Positions 36,740-49,078 of a stretch of DNA of 64,000 nt are shown in pieces; within the stretch, counting starts at the first letter, position 1, and each line of letters opens with the position of its first letter. The stretch is taken from contig CATNEN010000001.1 of assembly GCA_950097015.1 (NCBI GenBank), positions 27,342,001 to 27,406,000 of the forward strand, read 5' to 3'. Below the pieces are notes generated by a model, which worked only from the letters and a program-made list of their open reading frames with translations, did no database searches and had not been told where the DNA came from. Source of the DNA: Macrostomum hystrix. Lineage: Eukaryota; Animalia; Platyhelminthes. The position numbers and the translations under genes were made by a program.

Positions 36740-37128
36740 GCTCCCTCAGGTCGCTGATCTCACGACGAAACAGCAGCGCGTCTCGACGTCGCTCTGGTCT
36801 GCAATTCAAATTCGTGGACAAACTCCAGGTGCGTGACTGACGCTGTGAACTCCAGAGCAGTCCCGTCTGTCAGCTCGCCTGCTTCCAACGCGGCAGTTGC
36901 AGTGGATTCTGTCGCTTCCAACAGCTGCGACTCCTTGTCCGTGCTGGCAGCAGACTGCAGAGTGAACTCAGGTGGCAGCTGGTTCTCATCCAGTCGATAG
37001 AGCTTGTGCAGGAGGTCTGCAGCAGCGTGCTTGCCCTGAGCCATCATGGCCCTCTCCAGTGCCACCAGGTCAGACTGCTGAACTCTGAATGGCAACTGAC
37101 GACTTCCGTATCGGTGGCCCAGGATGCC
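36740..37128 (-). pseudogene. Isolated exon fragment of an NWD1/NWD2-like (NACHT-WD) N-terminal region
   Basis: Acceptor tttcag at 37129, then [13 protein letters not shown]...[20 protein letters not shown]...[10 protein letters not shown], resembling NWD motifs (LLGxRYGxRPLP, WYxxDxNxxPPxYxLQ, SVTxxE); continues LFRREISDL in another frame. Confidence 0.6.
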
Positions 37129-37649
37129 CTGAAAGATTTTTTGTTCTGTTACGATTCTATTACATTGTCTTGCCAGTACAAATTAGTAAATACCTTGTAG
37201 CCAGGAAAAGCCTGTTATACGTGTATTATGGTTAAGGTTTTCTTCATGTTCTTACCATAAAAATGGGCCTACTGACATTCGCTGACAGTGCTGAAGTTCC
37301 GAATAACAGATTTCTGCATAACAGATGTCCTATATATATGGATTGCTTTTATGTGAGTGGATACTGGCGGGTTCTATATGATGGATTTGCAGATTTTATA
37401 CTGCAAAATATCCTGCTTCCAGTTGCTTTGGTGTGGTGTGACTTTCGAGACAGTCAACCATAAGCCAGCCAGGTGGCAATACTTAGTTCTACTGTAAGTA
37501 TTGAATATCGACCTCACAAGAAGGTTCATCAATTTTGATTCGTTGCGCAGAGCATAAAAACTGTTGTCCTCGGCTTTTGAGTCTGAGGTGCTTTTTTATT
37601 TTTGACGGCAGCAATGCTTGCGCAGGCCTCAATAGCAACTATCTGCTGA

Positions 37650-37987
37650 CAGCCCAAAGAGTCAGTCAAGCGTCGTACATTGGCTGCTTCGTTGACAACA
37701 CTGCTTTCAAGCAGGACCTCAACGGAATGAGAAACGTGACCGAGCTTGGCAACATCTTCTCTGGCATCGGGGGCTACACGTCTGTTGGCATGACGCGGAG
37801 CCTCTGCGCCGATCTGTGCTCAATGGGCGGCTTCCCCTACATGGGGCTGCAGTTCGGTCAGGAGTGCTTCGGCGGCCGGACCTACGGCTCGCAGGGAGCT
37901 GCCAGCGAGGACGACAGCAGCACGGCGATACGGCGCAGAATTGCCGCAATAATGATCGCAACTCTGTGTACGCACTCACCTATCCAG
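37650..37987 (+). pseudogene. WSC-domain exon with frameshifting deletion
   Basis: SYIGCFVD...MTRSLCADLCSMGGFPYMGLQFGQECFGG.TYG; the C-terminal part (GDTAQNC...RNSVYALTYP) is in another frame and ends at a phase-1 donor CCAG|GTAAAT, like the exon at 1-157. Confidence 0.7.
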
Positions 37988-38054
37988 GTAAATCCTGTCT
38001 TCCTCTCACAGCTGTGTTCGCACTCACCTATCCAGGTAAATCCTGCCTTCCTCT

Positions 38055-41000
38055 CACTATAAACTAAAAAACGAAAAACACTCAAGTGCTGAAGGTCTTT
38101 TCCTGACTGGCTTCAATAAAAGGCGACGTCAAACTCAGGGGACCAAATATGGCCACAACGGCATGCCTTGATGGTGTTCCACTGCATGTGCTAACCGACT
38201 AATTGAAGACAAAAAACGTGTTCCAAAATTTCATCTTAGAGTTATCATAGGGATCTTGGTACACATTTATTAACTCAAATTGAGTCTCATTGCAATGAAG
38301 CACTGATTTGTTCTAAACGAAACTTCTCAGTTCACACACTGATCACGCCCTGGACCGTTGCAGCCTTCATCGCATTAGCCGATTAGCTGTGGCACAGGCA
38401 GTTCACAATTCCCATTTACTTCAATCCTGCCCGACTCCGCACAGGTGGCATAGCAGCGGCCGTTCACTTTGAAGTTCCGACACGCCACGCACATGTCTGG
38501 GCCGGGTCCCCAGCATTCGTCCTGGCACTGAGCATCGCAGGTAGCGTTCCGGCAAATCTCACTGCTGTCATCAAAGCTCAGTTTTTGTATTTTAATTTTA
38601 AGTTCTTTAGTGACTTTCTGGATTTCTCGGATTCGATTGCTTGGATACCAGGCTCTGCAAAGATCACTAATATGCATAAGCACAAGGTCAGGAGTATATT
38701 CCAAGCTAGCTAGTCCGAGGTATCTCGTCTTGAGCGACATAAGAAATAAGGAATTAGTGACACGTTTGATATTACGAAGAAATCGGAGATTTATTGTTAA
38801 GTTTTGAGATCTCGCAATTACTAAATTTCCGTAAAAGTACTCTAAATTCTCAAATGCTCTAAAGTTATCTGAGCTACTTAAAATATCAGCAGACACGTGT
38901 AGAGAAGAATAGGCCCTCCAAATCGAACACTGCTCAGTCCTCAATGAGTATGCTAAATTGCCTGACATTATATAGGACACATTGCACGATTTACAGGGCT
39001 TAGAGCTAATTTTGTCAATGCACTTTGTGCAAACTCCTTCGATAGGGACTTCTGCTGATGGACACTCGATTAAACAGCGCCTGCCGTCAGAGCTAATAAA
39101 AAAGGGCAGTGAGCACTTCTCTACGCAGATGTTGCCGATCTGTCGCCAAACAGTCACGCCAGTGCCATTACCACTAGCGGTACTAGTATTCGACGGACAG
39201 GATTTTCTACAGACACCATTGAACAATACTCCTCTCCGACAGGCGAAGCACTCGTTGGGCCGGTTTGAGCAACCGCCAAGGCAGTCGTCGTCGCAGCAGT
39301 CTTCTTGGCCAGTGTTCGGGTTATGGAAGCATAGGTTCGTAGTGTTACACTTGCGCTTACGACACAGATGATTACTTTGGCAGCCATCGACACCGTCGGA
39401 CCAGCATTTTTGGCCATAAATTGGAGTTTGAGTACAATTAGCGTGACAGGAAATCTGACGACTGCAGGTACGCCTATCAATCACACCCGAGCTCGAGCTT
39501 CTCTGAAGAACTTGGCCTTGTTCAGTAATAACTGAAAACACTTCATCAAAAAAGCGCTGGCCTGGTTCTTGAAGCAGGCTTGTCCAGTTGATGCTGTAGA
39601 ACAGGTAGCAGTACAAGCTAGACTGCATTTGCCCACCTAGACGAACATTCATCCTTGTGATAGCAGTCAACTTGGGCAATTCCAGCTTGCTCATGTTCGG
39701 CGACATTACAAATGTGTACCTATCAAATTTTTCAAAAGCGAAATCTCGGATGGCGCGTAAGTTGCGGAAGGTGACGCGCTCAAGGTTGACGTGGTCGATC
39801 CATATTTTTCCACTGATCTCCACAATGGAGTCAAGAAAGTCAGTTTGCATGCCTCGAATTGCATCGTCCAGCGGTTCGTACGTTGATTGGTTAATACCTA
39901 TATTGCTCAGTCTTACATCGCCGAAAACATACTGGCAGCCAGCTACATAAGCCGCCAAGTCCGCCTGCAAGCGACTAACATTTCTGTGGGTCTCATAGCC
40001 GTCGCTGGAGATTTCTAAGGTTTTGCAGATCCGGATGCCAGAAGCAACATCGTCGTGTAACAACGGAAGCAAAAGAAGCAACCGAAAAACAAGCTGCAGG
40101 AAATTCATTTTCTTAAATCACCTCTGCAGTGCTTTCTTTCTATTTTGATTCCCAGCTCTGAAGTTTTTCACTTCTTTAAATACGAATTGAATTAAGTACG
40201 ACTCGTTGGAAATATAATTCTTTCGCAGGCAAATTATTCAGCAAAAAATAACACCACTTTCCACATTTTGCCCGTTTCTCTGACTCTACAGAAAAACTTA
40301 CTCAAAACATTTTCCTGTCGCTTGCTTTTCTACGAGCTATAAAGACGCATAAAATCAATCAATAATCACGAGTCGAATAACTTTAGCTTGCTTTCTTTTT
40401 GGCTCCTAAATTCCAGAAGTTAATTGTGCTCCAACTCTGGCAATTCTCAGTGAAAGAAGCGACGAAAGACAAGACTTTTCTTTGTTTGTTTATTTGTTTA
40501 AAAAAAGAAAATGCAAGCCTACGGTTCTATTTATAGCATTAGAAGCATTTAAAGACATTGTGGTCTTCCTGAAGGAGTTTGAAAATGTTTGTTTGTGTGT
40601 GTGTGTGTGTGTGTGCGTGTGTGTGTGTGTGTGCGGGCCATGCAGCCGGCTAGGAGGGGAGACAGCCCGCTGCGCAGCTGAGCGAGCTGCCTGCGAGCGC
40701 TTCGCCCAAGCTTTCTCTGCTCAGTACGGATGTCTGGCCAGCGCCCAACCGCTCTGTTTGCCACAGGAAAAAAGCAGGAGATATTTGAGATCTGCTGAGG
40801 CTGTCACGTTTGAGGACGCCCACTTCTTTGAGGAAACTCAGCACAGCAAAATGCTCGGAAAACACAACCGCGGGCTCCGTGCGAGGTCCCTGGGAGTGCC
40901 TGGAAGCAGCAGTGGTGAAGAGACAGGGCCGGGTAGTTCATTAACAGGTGAGCGGCCTTCTCCTCATCCTCGAGTAGTATGCAAGAGGGGCTTTCTGGGA

Positions 41001-41260
41001 CAAACGCTTTCGCAGCCTCCATAATCCACAATCTATTAGCTTTCTTATTCCCGAAAAGATCAGGAAAAAGGTTACCGGCCTCTCACAAAATCTGTCTCCT
41101 TTGTTCCAATAAAAATTTTCGCAGCCTATTCCATCAAAAAAATCTGTCTCCATACTCCAGCCTCCCAGCCCTGCAAAAAAGTGTTCGAATTCCAATTCCA
41201 AAATTCCAATTCTAAAACTCAAGATCCTAAACCTCGGGTGCTCATCCTCCGAAAAAATTG
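38055..41260 (-). repeat. Third, more diverged copy of the EGFR-like duplication unit
   Basis: Shares 3' flank (ggccacaacgg..ccttgatggtg) and ~1.1 kb of 5' flank including (TG)n with the other copies; lacks the hAT insertion and is not followed by the Gypsy fragment. Confidence 0.9.
38375..40108 (-). CDS. Secreted EGFR-like ectodomain protein, copy 3 (577 aa)
   Basis: Same architecture and same C-terminus (CELPVPQLIG*); frame-preserving indels and many substitutions in both L domains. Confidence 0.9.
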   Translation of the reverse strand: MNFLQLVFRLLLLLPLLHDDVASGIRICKTLEISSDGYETHRNVSRLQADLAAYVAGCQYVFGDVRLSNIGINQSTYEPLDDAIRGMQTDFLDSIVEISGKIWIDHVNLERVTFRNLRAIRDFAFEKFDRYTFVMSPNMSKLELPKLTAITRMNVRLGGQMQSSLYCYLFYSINWTSLLQEPGQRFFDEVFSVITEQGQVLQRSSSSGVIDRRTCSRQISCHANCTQTPIYGQKCWSDGVDGCQSNHLCRKRKCNTTNLCFHNPNTGQEDCCDDDCLGGCSNRPNECFACRRGVLFNGVCRKSCPSNTSTASGNGTGVTVWRQIGNICVEKCSLPFFISSDGRRCLIECPSAEVPIEGVCTKCIDKISSKPCKSCNVSYIMSGNLAYSLRTEQCSIWRAYSSLHVSADILSSSDNFRAFENLEYFYGNLVIARSQNLTINLRFLRNIKRVTNSLFLMSLKTRYLGLASLEYTPDLVLMHISDLCRAWYPSNRIREIQKVTKELKIKIQKLSFDDSSEICRNATCDAQCQDECWGPGPDMCVACRNFKVNGRCYATCAESGRIEVNGNCELPVPQLIG

Positions 41261-42779
41261 TCAATAAAAAGATTTCCAATCGTCTCTTTAGGCTCTTACT
41301 ATGCCAAGCACGAGCCCAATTGCAAGACCGATGCAAACTATAATAGAATGCAGCGAGTACATGAGGAAATATTGGCCCGATAGCACAATAAATGTCCACA
41401 ATAATTATCAAGCTCTTACTGGTTTCACAAGTATGAAGTAATTAGAAAGGACTATGACAGCTGCTATTACATTGCCGAAATCATTAAGCAATTGTAATTT
41501 TTTCTCTCACATTCTCTCGATGATCAACGCCAATACAAGCGAGGTTCTTAGCAGCATCATCAGCACCTTGCAAAGCATAGTTGTATCTCTTCTTCCTCTT
41601 TTTATAGCCACTGTCATTGATATCTCCTTCTTTTTCATCTGCAATGAAACCCGCACCACTTCCCAACTGAATGAAATCTGGATTCTCGATCAGGCAATGA
41701 GCGTCATAGACGATTCCAAAGTTGGCGATTCGCTCCAACTCTGTGCTCCCATTCGATACGCTAAACTCCTTGAACATGAACGCCCAAAAGTTACTGATCA
41801 GAGCCACATCTGCATCATGCTTGTCAACGTTAGCATGAGCTGCATCCGCACCTCCTTTTGTCTTGATCTGAGATGTCATATGGAAGCCGCTCTTAAGACT
41901 GTGCACACTAACCAGAGATGAACATCCATTGTCCGAATGTCTGTGTTTGACCAGGACCAAGACTAGTTTCATACTGATATTCCTGACTGGGAACTCTTAC
42001 CTGATTCGCTTTGATTGTGCTATCATCACTCAAAATAGGCTTGTTAATTTTGTTGAAAACTGGTGTCAGTGGATCGTTCATTTTTTAACTTAAAAAATAT
42101 AAAAAGGAATGTAGCGAAAAATTCAAACCAAATATCTGAATTGGAGAAGCTAGCACAAGCAGAAAAGAGAGTTACCGGGCTAATCAATAAGGAGCAACAA
42201 TCCAACAATGAGTTTGTCCAAGCAGCCACAGAGTTTCATGAGCCCTGGAATGGAGAAGCTATAAGAAGAATATTGATCAAGTCAAAGAACTATTGATGTC
42301 ATACAGGAAACCCAGGTGCAAAAGGCTTTGGGTAAGATTCTGGAAGCACCGCAGATGTAGCCGCAACCACCAGAACAATCACAACTAAAAGTGACGGATA
42401 ACAGTTTTGGACCAGTAGAACATGAGGGGAAATATGTTTTTGGGATTAGTACGAGCTCGTATATGGAGAAAAACATTTATAATGAACCCTTGGACTACCA
42501 AATCGACATACGAGCGCATTCCGATAGCAACACTAAACTGGATATAATAAGAGCAGCAAGGGAGTTATACTCGTGTAAGGCTCTTCACAAAACGTGGACT
42601 TCTCAACTCAACGCCTACTTCGAGTACATCGAGTAGACATTGCACAGCTCTGCTGCTGTGTACAAGTGCGAGCCACTGAGCACCTTGTTGATTAAATACT
42701 TAATAGGCAAATGATTTACTCAGCTACAGCACTGTACAAGCTTATGAAGGACGTGCATGCGTGCGTGCGACCTGCAGCC

Positions 42780-43010
42780 GGCGAGGAGGCTGGAGGATGA
42801 CGGAAGTAGTCATCCGTCCATTTGGATGACTCCTGAGCACACACTCACATTGATACTGTACGCAGGCATACGGTCACACACGTGTGCACATCTGCTCTGA
42901 CTTTCTCATCGTCAGGCAGTGTACACTCTTACTGTACCTTAGAGGCTGGCCCTGAGGGGTCTAAGTTGCACGACAAGCCGCAAGCCTTCTCTTCGCGGCT
43001 GCGCCCGAAA
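42780..43010 (-). mobile_element. tRNA-derived SINE copy, partial
   Basis: ctcctgagcacacac...ctgactttctcatcgtcaggcagtgtacac...ggccct, matching the other copies. Confidence 0.75.
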
Positions 43011-43054
43011 ATAATGTTTTGTTAGACTACTTTGCTAGGCTTCAGTGGGGTTGT

Positions 43055-43340
43055 AGGGTTTGTAGCCCATTGGTTCGAGTGTTGGACTCATGATTTGAAG
43101 GTCGAGGGTTCGATTCCCGACTCCACTAGAACAATTTGTGTACTCTAGCAAGACACTTAAATTTGCATTGCTTCAGTTCACCCATATGATAAATGGGTAC
43201 CAGCATTAGCTGGGGTAATTTAGGGTATGTGTGGCGTCCCCCAGTCCATGGACTGAACAGGCGTACGCTGCTTTCAGATGCGCCACGCAATAGCTGCGGC
43301 TGTAATGTCGGCTGGACATCTGGCCTGATTGGGGCAGGCG
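43055..43340 (+). mobile_element. CORE-type SINE with tRNA-like head
   Basis: A/B boxes (tagcccattgg, ggttcgattcc) followed by CORE-like gcaagacacttaa...cttcagttcacc...aaatgggtacc; related copy on the minus strand at ~51740-51900. Confidence 0.75.
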
Positions 43341-43824
43341 AAACAATTACTATTGTGTACGTATGCTAGCGGTTCTTCCTGTTTTCATTAGCAACAAAAA
43401 TCAATGCCTAACTTCGCTTTATTGACTTTTCTTCGCAAGATCGGTTCAAATTGAGAGAAGTGTTTGATTCACAAAGGAGTCATTGCTGCAGTCCTTTATG
43501 GCACTCGCTGGCACCTGCTGGCAGGCGGCATGGTCGCTAGAATGTCGTACCTCGGCTGCTACTGGACTCTGTCAACCAAGACCTACATGCGCATCGGTGC
43601 TCTGGCTGGAGCATGGCATGGTCTCAGCAAAGCAGATGCTTGAGCTGTGCATGCGAGTCTGTTCAGGCGAGAAAAATGTAAACCTTCCAATTTTAAGCAG
43701 TATTTTACTCAAATGCTAGCTCTTCTGTTGACCAAAAACACAGCCTATAGACAAAGAAAGAGGCGAAAAAAATCGATAAAGAGATTTATTTATTTATTTA
43801 TTTATTTATTAGGGCTTTTAAAGA

Positions 43825-44080
43825 GGCTGAGTGGCAGAGTGATAAACGGGTTTGCCTCTCGCACCAAATTACCAGCTCCAGTTCAATTCCGCAGTGAGGC
43901 CTCATTAAATTGGGCGCAGCTGCGGAAAGAAGACTTAGGGGCTTGTCGTGCGATTCACGCACTTGAGGGCCAACCTCCAAAGTGTACACTGCCTGGCGAT
44001 GAGAAAGTCAGGGCAGTTGTACACACCTGTGTGAGCGTGTGCCTGCGTGCGGAATCTGTGTGCATTTGTGCTCAGGAGTT
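43825..44080 (+). mobile_element. tRNA-derived SINE copy
   Basis: tggcagagtg / gttcaattcc head; body gatgagaaagtcagggcag.tgtacacacctgtgtgag. Confidence 0.78.
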
Positions 44081-45378
44081 GTTAATAAATGAGGTCTGAT
44101 AATACTTTGAGTCGAAAGGTCAGTAAAATAAAAGCATATTCGCCTTGCCTCGGGCCTTTCTGAATATTATATTATTTGAAAGGCTAGGACAGAAAGGGGG
44201 GATGTACATTGGGGTAAACAGGCGATAACGCGCGCAGGGGGAAGGAAAACAAAGTGGGTGCTGACGCTAGACTGGAGGGAGACAGAGATGAAAGGGACAT
44301 GGAGGAAAATCGATAATAGACAGAAAGGGCGGGGCTGGCAGATAAACGGGTAAGAAAAAATATATTACCACACGGGTGAACAGAGAACCGGATTGGCTAA
44401 TAATAACTCACGATTTTCGCGACAGGAGTCAGCCAAATGGGCAGAATTGCCTTCTCGCTGTCTGTGGGTCTAGTGTCACCAAATGATTTTGATTTTTTAT
44501 ATTTTCAAAGACACCGTCCTTCTACTCAAGTGGGCCTATAGGCAACTTTTCCGAAGAAAGGCGGATAGCAATTTTTATAGTCCTATCTTCTGCTGTTGAG
44601 GCTTGGCTCTTTATTACTAATTAATTATGTGTCAGTCATAAATTTCAGAGGAAAGCATGCTGTGATCTAGTTTTACGGACCCGCTTACAGTCGAAATTTA
44701 TTTACCTTTGAATTTGTTCGCCTGTTTCTGGCGAACCCTATAAAGACAAATATGAGAAGTTTCTTTCCCGGCAGCAGCTAAAAAGGCGGGAAGTGCAGAG
44801 AATGGAAGCCAGAAATGTTCTCAGCAACAATAGGCTTCGCTTGAGATAAATCTAAACCCTTTTTGTTAGCTCTTTTTTTCAATTTTCGCATCATTGAACT
44901 GTTGGGCTTTGAGATATAGAACCTGTGTCTGATAAACAATTGTCCATTATACGATAAAGCCCAGTGCTGTTTTAAAACCTGTCTATTTTACGATTCATTT
45001 TGAAAAAGCTTTCAAAGACTTTGAATATTGTAACAAGTGAAAAGATAGGATTCTGTCTTAGGCTTTAAAATAAGCCAGAGCCGATAGCTCTCAGCACCCA
45101 ATTGTGTATGTACTCAGTCATAAAATACAATGCTAATAAACTAACACGCTCAAGCTCACAAACCTCACATCAAGGACTCTTGTGTAGCCTGGCCTAAATA
45201 CTAGTAAATGCTTATTAAGACGAGAGAAGTACTTCAACAAAGAAAAAAGATCAAAGAAAATAATTGAGCTCATATAAACCTATGCAACTATTAGCAGAAA
45301 TCTAGTCCCGAAAAAGGCAGAGCAGAAAACTAACCGAACGCAGCTCTTTAAGGAAGAAGCATTGACGGAATTTCAAGC

Positions 45379-46131
45379 ATGCCATCTCAAATAACACCAT
45401 ATTTATGCATGAGCTGCATTCTGCTGCTGCTTATGACTGCCTCACAGCAGGTGGGCTGCACAGTCTGCCCACCTGGATGGCTGAGGACCACTGGAGGCGA
45501 GTGCCTGGGGGTCCCGAGAACCGTCGGTCCAAGCGTCGATGCCGCTTCGGCCGAGGACGTCTGCCGTGGACTGGTTGACCGCGCTGAAGTCGCGGACGTC
45601 TCGGACCCCATTGTCTACCGGACGGCACAACTGCTGGCTCGAGGTCGGTCGCTATGGGTGACCGGCTGTCCTGAGCGAATCCAAGATGACAAACACAGGT
45701 GAGACTAACAGTTTCGAGTGTGCTTCTCAATGACACGGTTAAAATTCTACTACGAGATACGTAACTCCCATGAACTGTGCAGAATGAAACACGCTTGCTG
45801 TGTCCTCGGAAAAACTGGAGGACCGAACAGCGCCGACTGCTCGGAGCTGCACAGCCCTCTGTGCGCCACGAAGCCGGTGCTGAGGCGCATGAAGCGAGCA
45901 GTCGCCACTTCTACCACCAGAGACAGGTTCCAGTCAGGGTCCAGCACTAGGCCTCCTGCAGTGAACACCGTGGGTGCCGCCGTCGGAGGATCCGTGAGCT
46001 TTCTGTCCACCTGCGCTGGAGTGGCGCTCCTGATCTGGTGCTGCTGCTGCTGCCGCCGGGCCCCTGCCACTAAAGAGGATGTGGTTGTAGTGTACACGGT
46101 TGAGCAGCAGAGAACAGTTTTTGTCCACTGA
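45379..46131 (+). CDS. CTLD-like/furin-site/TM/poly-Cys protein, paralog A (exons 45379-45698, 45783-46131)
   Basis: Signal peptide, CPPGW..C..A..C..LWV.GC; phase-2 intron AG|GTGAGA...TGTGCAG; CC...ADCSELHSPLC, RRMKR, S/T stalk, TM, WCCCCC. Confidence 0.85.
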
Positions 46132-47271
46132 TTGCTGCCCACCAGAGGACATCAGCTGCGCCGAGAATAACGTGCTGATTTATTCATGCGATTCAACTCA
46201 CTGCTCAAAAAACCAATTCCATAATAGGGCAAATTCACATTTTCTATAAGATTTTAATAATATTTTAATATGATAAAATTCCGTACTAATCGTTCGTGTG
46301 ATATGTTAGAGAACGTACCAGTAATGATATTTTTAAGGAGGGCTGTGAGCACTGAAATTTAATTTAGTGACAGGTGATTCTGCAGCCAACAAGAGGCGAT
46401 TCTGCCCATTCCGCTGACTCCTGAACACACACGCGCACACAGATACTACAAGTAGGCACTCACTGCATGTTAAGTTTTATAATTCAAGGACTCGTTATTA
46501 TCCGTTTTTTCGATGAATCATACTCACTTTTCTAACAAACTCTACTTATGATAATCATGTATTGCTGATGTCATTTTTGCTGTCGCTTTAACGCCAATGC
46601 TAAATAATTAAAGGTAGTATTCTCATTTTTCGGCCGAAATGCTACTCAAAATAAAAAATGTACGAGTATAATAGCGCATTATTTTTTAGAAAATAATTAA
46701 ATAGCTTGCCTATTGTGCAGCCATGAAACCCTCTGCAAAGGCATCAGTAAAGCTAGCCCATTGCAAAAAGCAAGTCTTGTCAAATAATCAATGGTTATGA
46801 ATACATGAGTATTACTCGCAGAATCACAGGCCGACCCTGCAATACTCATTGTCTCTCTACATAAAACTAAAAAGTTTACTTTAAAACTCGACTTTGCCCT
46901 CCGTCCTATGTTGACTGAGTGCTACTTAAATACTGGTCCTCATGCAATTGTGCACTCTCTCGGCCTCTCCCTTATCGCAATGGTATCTGGTTGCATTTGG
47001 CCTATTGCTTGATTAACGATGCATTACGGCTGCAAGCAGCCTTAAAGAGCATTGCTTTCTTTCCAACATATGCGAAGCATATTTACACAGTACTCTTCGT
47101 TTCTCACTCACTGCTATGCGGATGCAATGCTTAATTAACTTATCTTTGGAAGCAGTTAATAAGACTGCGCTGAGAAATAAGATTGAAATCATGGCAAAAA
47201 TATTCAGTTGCGAAAAAGACCTCAAGATAACGCAGCTCTTTACGGGAAGCCGCATTGACGGCATTTCAAGC

Positions 47272-49078
47272 ATGCCATCTCACAGAACACCATATTTATG
47301 CATGAGCTGCACTCTGCTGCTGCTTATGACTGCCTCACAGCAGGTGGGCTGCACAGTCTGCCCACCTGGATGGCTGAGGACCACCGGAGGCGAGTGCCTG
47401 GGGGTCCCGAGAACCGTCGGTCCAGGCGTCGATGCCGCTTCGGCCAAGGACGTCTGCCGTGGACTGGTTGACCGCGCTGAAGTCGCGGACGTCTCGGACC
47501 CCATTGTCTACCGGACGGCACAACTGCTGGCTCGAGTTTGGTCGCTTTGGGTGACCGGCTGTCCTGAGCGAATCCAAGATGACAAACACAGGTGAGACTA
47601 ACATGTCACTTAATACGCTAATAATTATTAATTAATTTATTTCTTATTTGGTGACACTAGACCCGCAGCCAGTGAGGAGGCAATTCCAGGGACGGCTCGC
47701 AGCAGTACACAGCATTAAATCGATCTCTTGCGTCTCATTGTGTGGTTACCCTGTTTTAAAGCAGCTATGACGAACACATTCTCTGATTGCAATCCAAGCC
47801 AGTCTTCAAGTCTTGCTTGAAACTTTAAAATGCAAATTCACAACCCCTCAAAATCACGAGCAGCCAAAATGACGCATTTCCGAAAAGCATTCTAAAATTA
47901 TCGGGTCTCAGGGCAGTGGCGCAATGGTTAAAATATTATTTCCTCGGCGATTTAGTTGTCGAAATTCAGAACACCCAAAATTGCATCATGCTCATCTAGT
48001 CTCTAATGGTTCTGCAGTAACTGCAGCAATTTAGGCAATCGAATCACACCTAAAAACGAAAGAATCTTTATCTGGGACTGCGACTCTACACCTTCTTCGC
48101 TGGGGGCGATGGCACATCATTTGGTGACACTAGACCGCAGCAAGAGAGGGGAGGCCATTCCGCCCATTTCGCTGACTCCTGAGCACACACGCGCACAGAT
48201 ACCGTACGCAGGCACACACTCACATAGGTGTGTACATCTGCCCTGACTTTCTCATCGTCAGGCAGTGTACACTTTCACTGTGCCTTGGAGGTTGGCCCTC
48301 TAGTGCGTAAATCGCACGACAAGCCCCCAAGCCTCGTCTTCGCGACTGCGCCCCAATTTAATGGGGCCTCACCGCGGAGTCTAACTTAGGGACCTTGGTG
48401 CCAGAGGCAAACACGTTAACCGCTCGGCCACTTGACCCCATAGGGAGCTTTCGGTCGTGCAGTTTGCAACGTCTCGCACACCTGTCTATGGTTTCCCAGC
48501 CAGACTAAGGTGGGACAGAGTGCGCCTGTCCTCTATGTTTATGATTATTGTTAGGCCCTTTTCTCTGGAATATTTTCACCTAAATTTGCATTTCCACTAA
48601 CAATTTTTGTTTTAAACGTTTCTGACTAAAAACTCACAGAACTCTGCGCCGATGCTGTGTCCTCGGAGCAACCGGAGCACCTGACATCGCCGACTGCTCT
48701 GAGCGGCACCGCCCTCTATGCACCTGGAAGCCCGCACTGAGTCGCCGGAAGCGAGCCGTCGTCACAACTACCACAACCGGAGCCACCTTCCCAATCGCCA
48801 GAAATGCCTCCTACAATGCGCCTTCTCCAATCAGCAATTCGCTAGCCGAAGTTGGAGGCCCAATGATATTCCTGGCTACCTGCGGAGGTGTGGCGCTGTT
48901 CATTTGGGGCTGCTGCTGCTGCGCCTGTTGTTGGTGCTTTTTCTGTTTGCGCAGATGCGCCGAGTGCCGCTTCAGCTGCTGCCCCAATGCCTTCGATAAG
49001 AAAAAGAGGGCTGTGAAGGTGCCAGTCACTGCCGTGCACGCCATCGAGCAGCAGCTGCAGCGGCTCGAGATTGTTTGA
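47272..49078 (+). CDS. CTLD-like/furin-site/TM/poly-Cys protein, paralog B (exons 47272-47591, 48640-49078)
   Basis: Exon 1 nearly identical to A; acceptor CTCACAG at 48639 gives in-frame TLRRCCVLG..ADCSERHRPLC..SRRKR..TM..WGCCCCACCWC. Confidence 0.85.
48110..48440 (-). mobile_element. Near full-length tRNA-derived SINE in the intron of paralog B
   Basis: Minus strand starts gggtcaagTGGCCGAGCGGttaa (A box)...gttagactcc (B box) and ends tgtcaccaaatgatgtgcc. Further copies near 44420, 46370, 49130-49350, 57590, 59110-59405, 60985-61145 and 62180-62490. Confidence 0.82.

Noticed and set aside
43055-43127. tRNA-Met gene (CAT anticodon-like loop, GGTTCGATTCC)
   Set aside because: Stems pair poorly and the sequence continues into a CORE-SINE body; treated as a SINE head.
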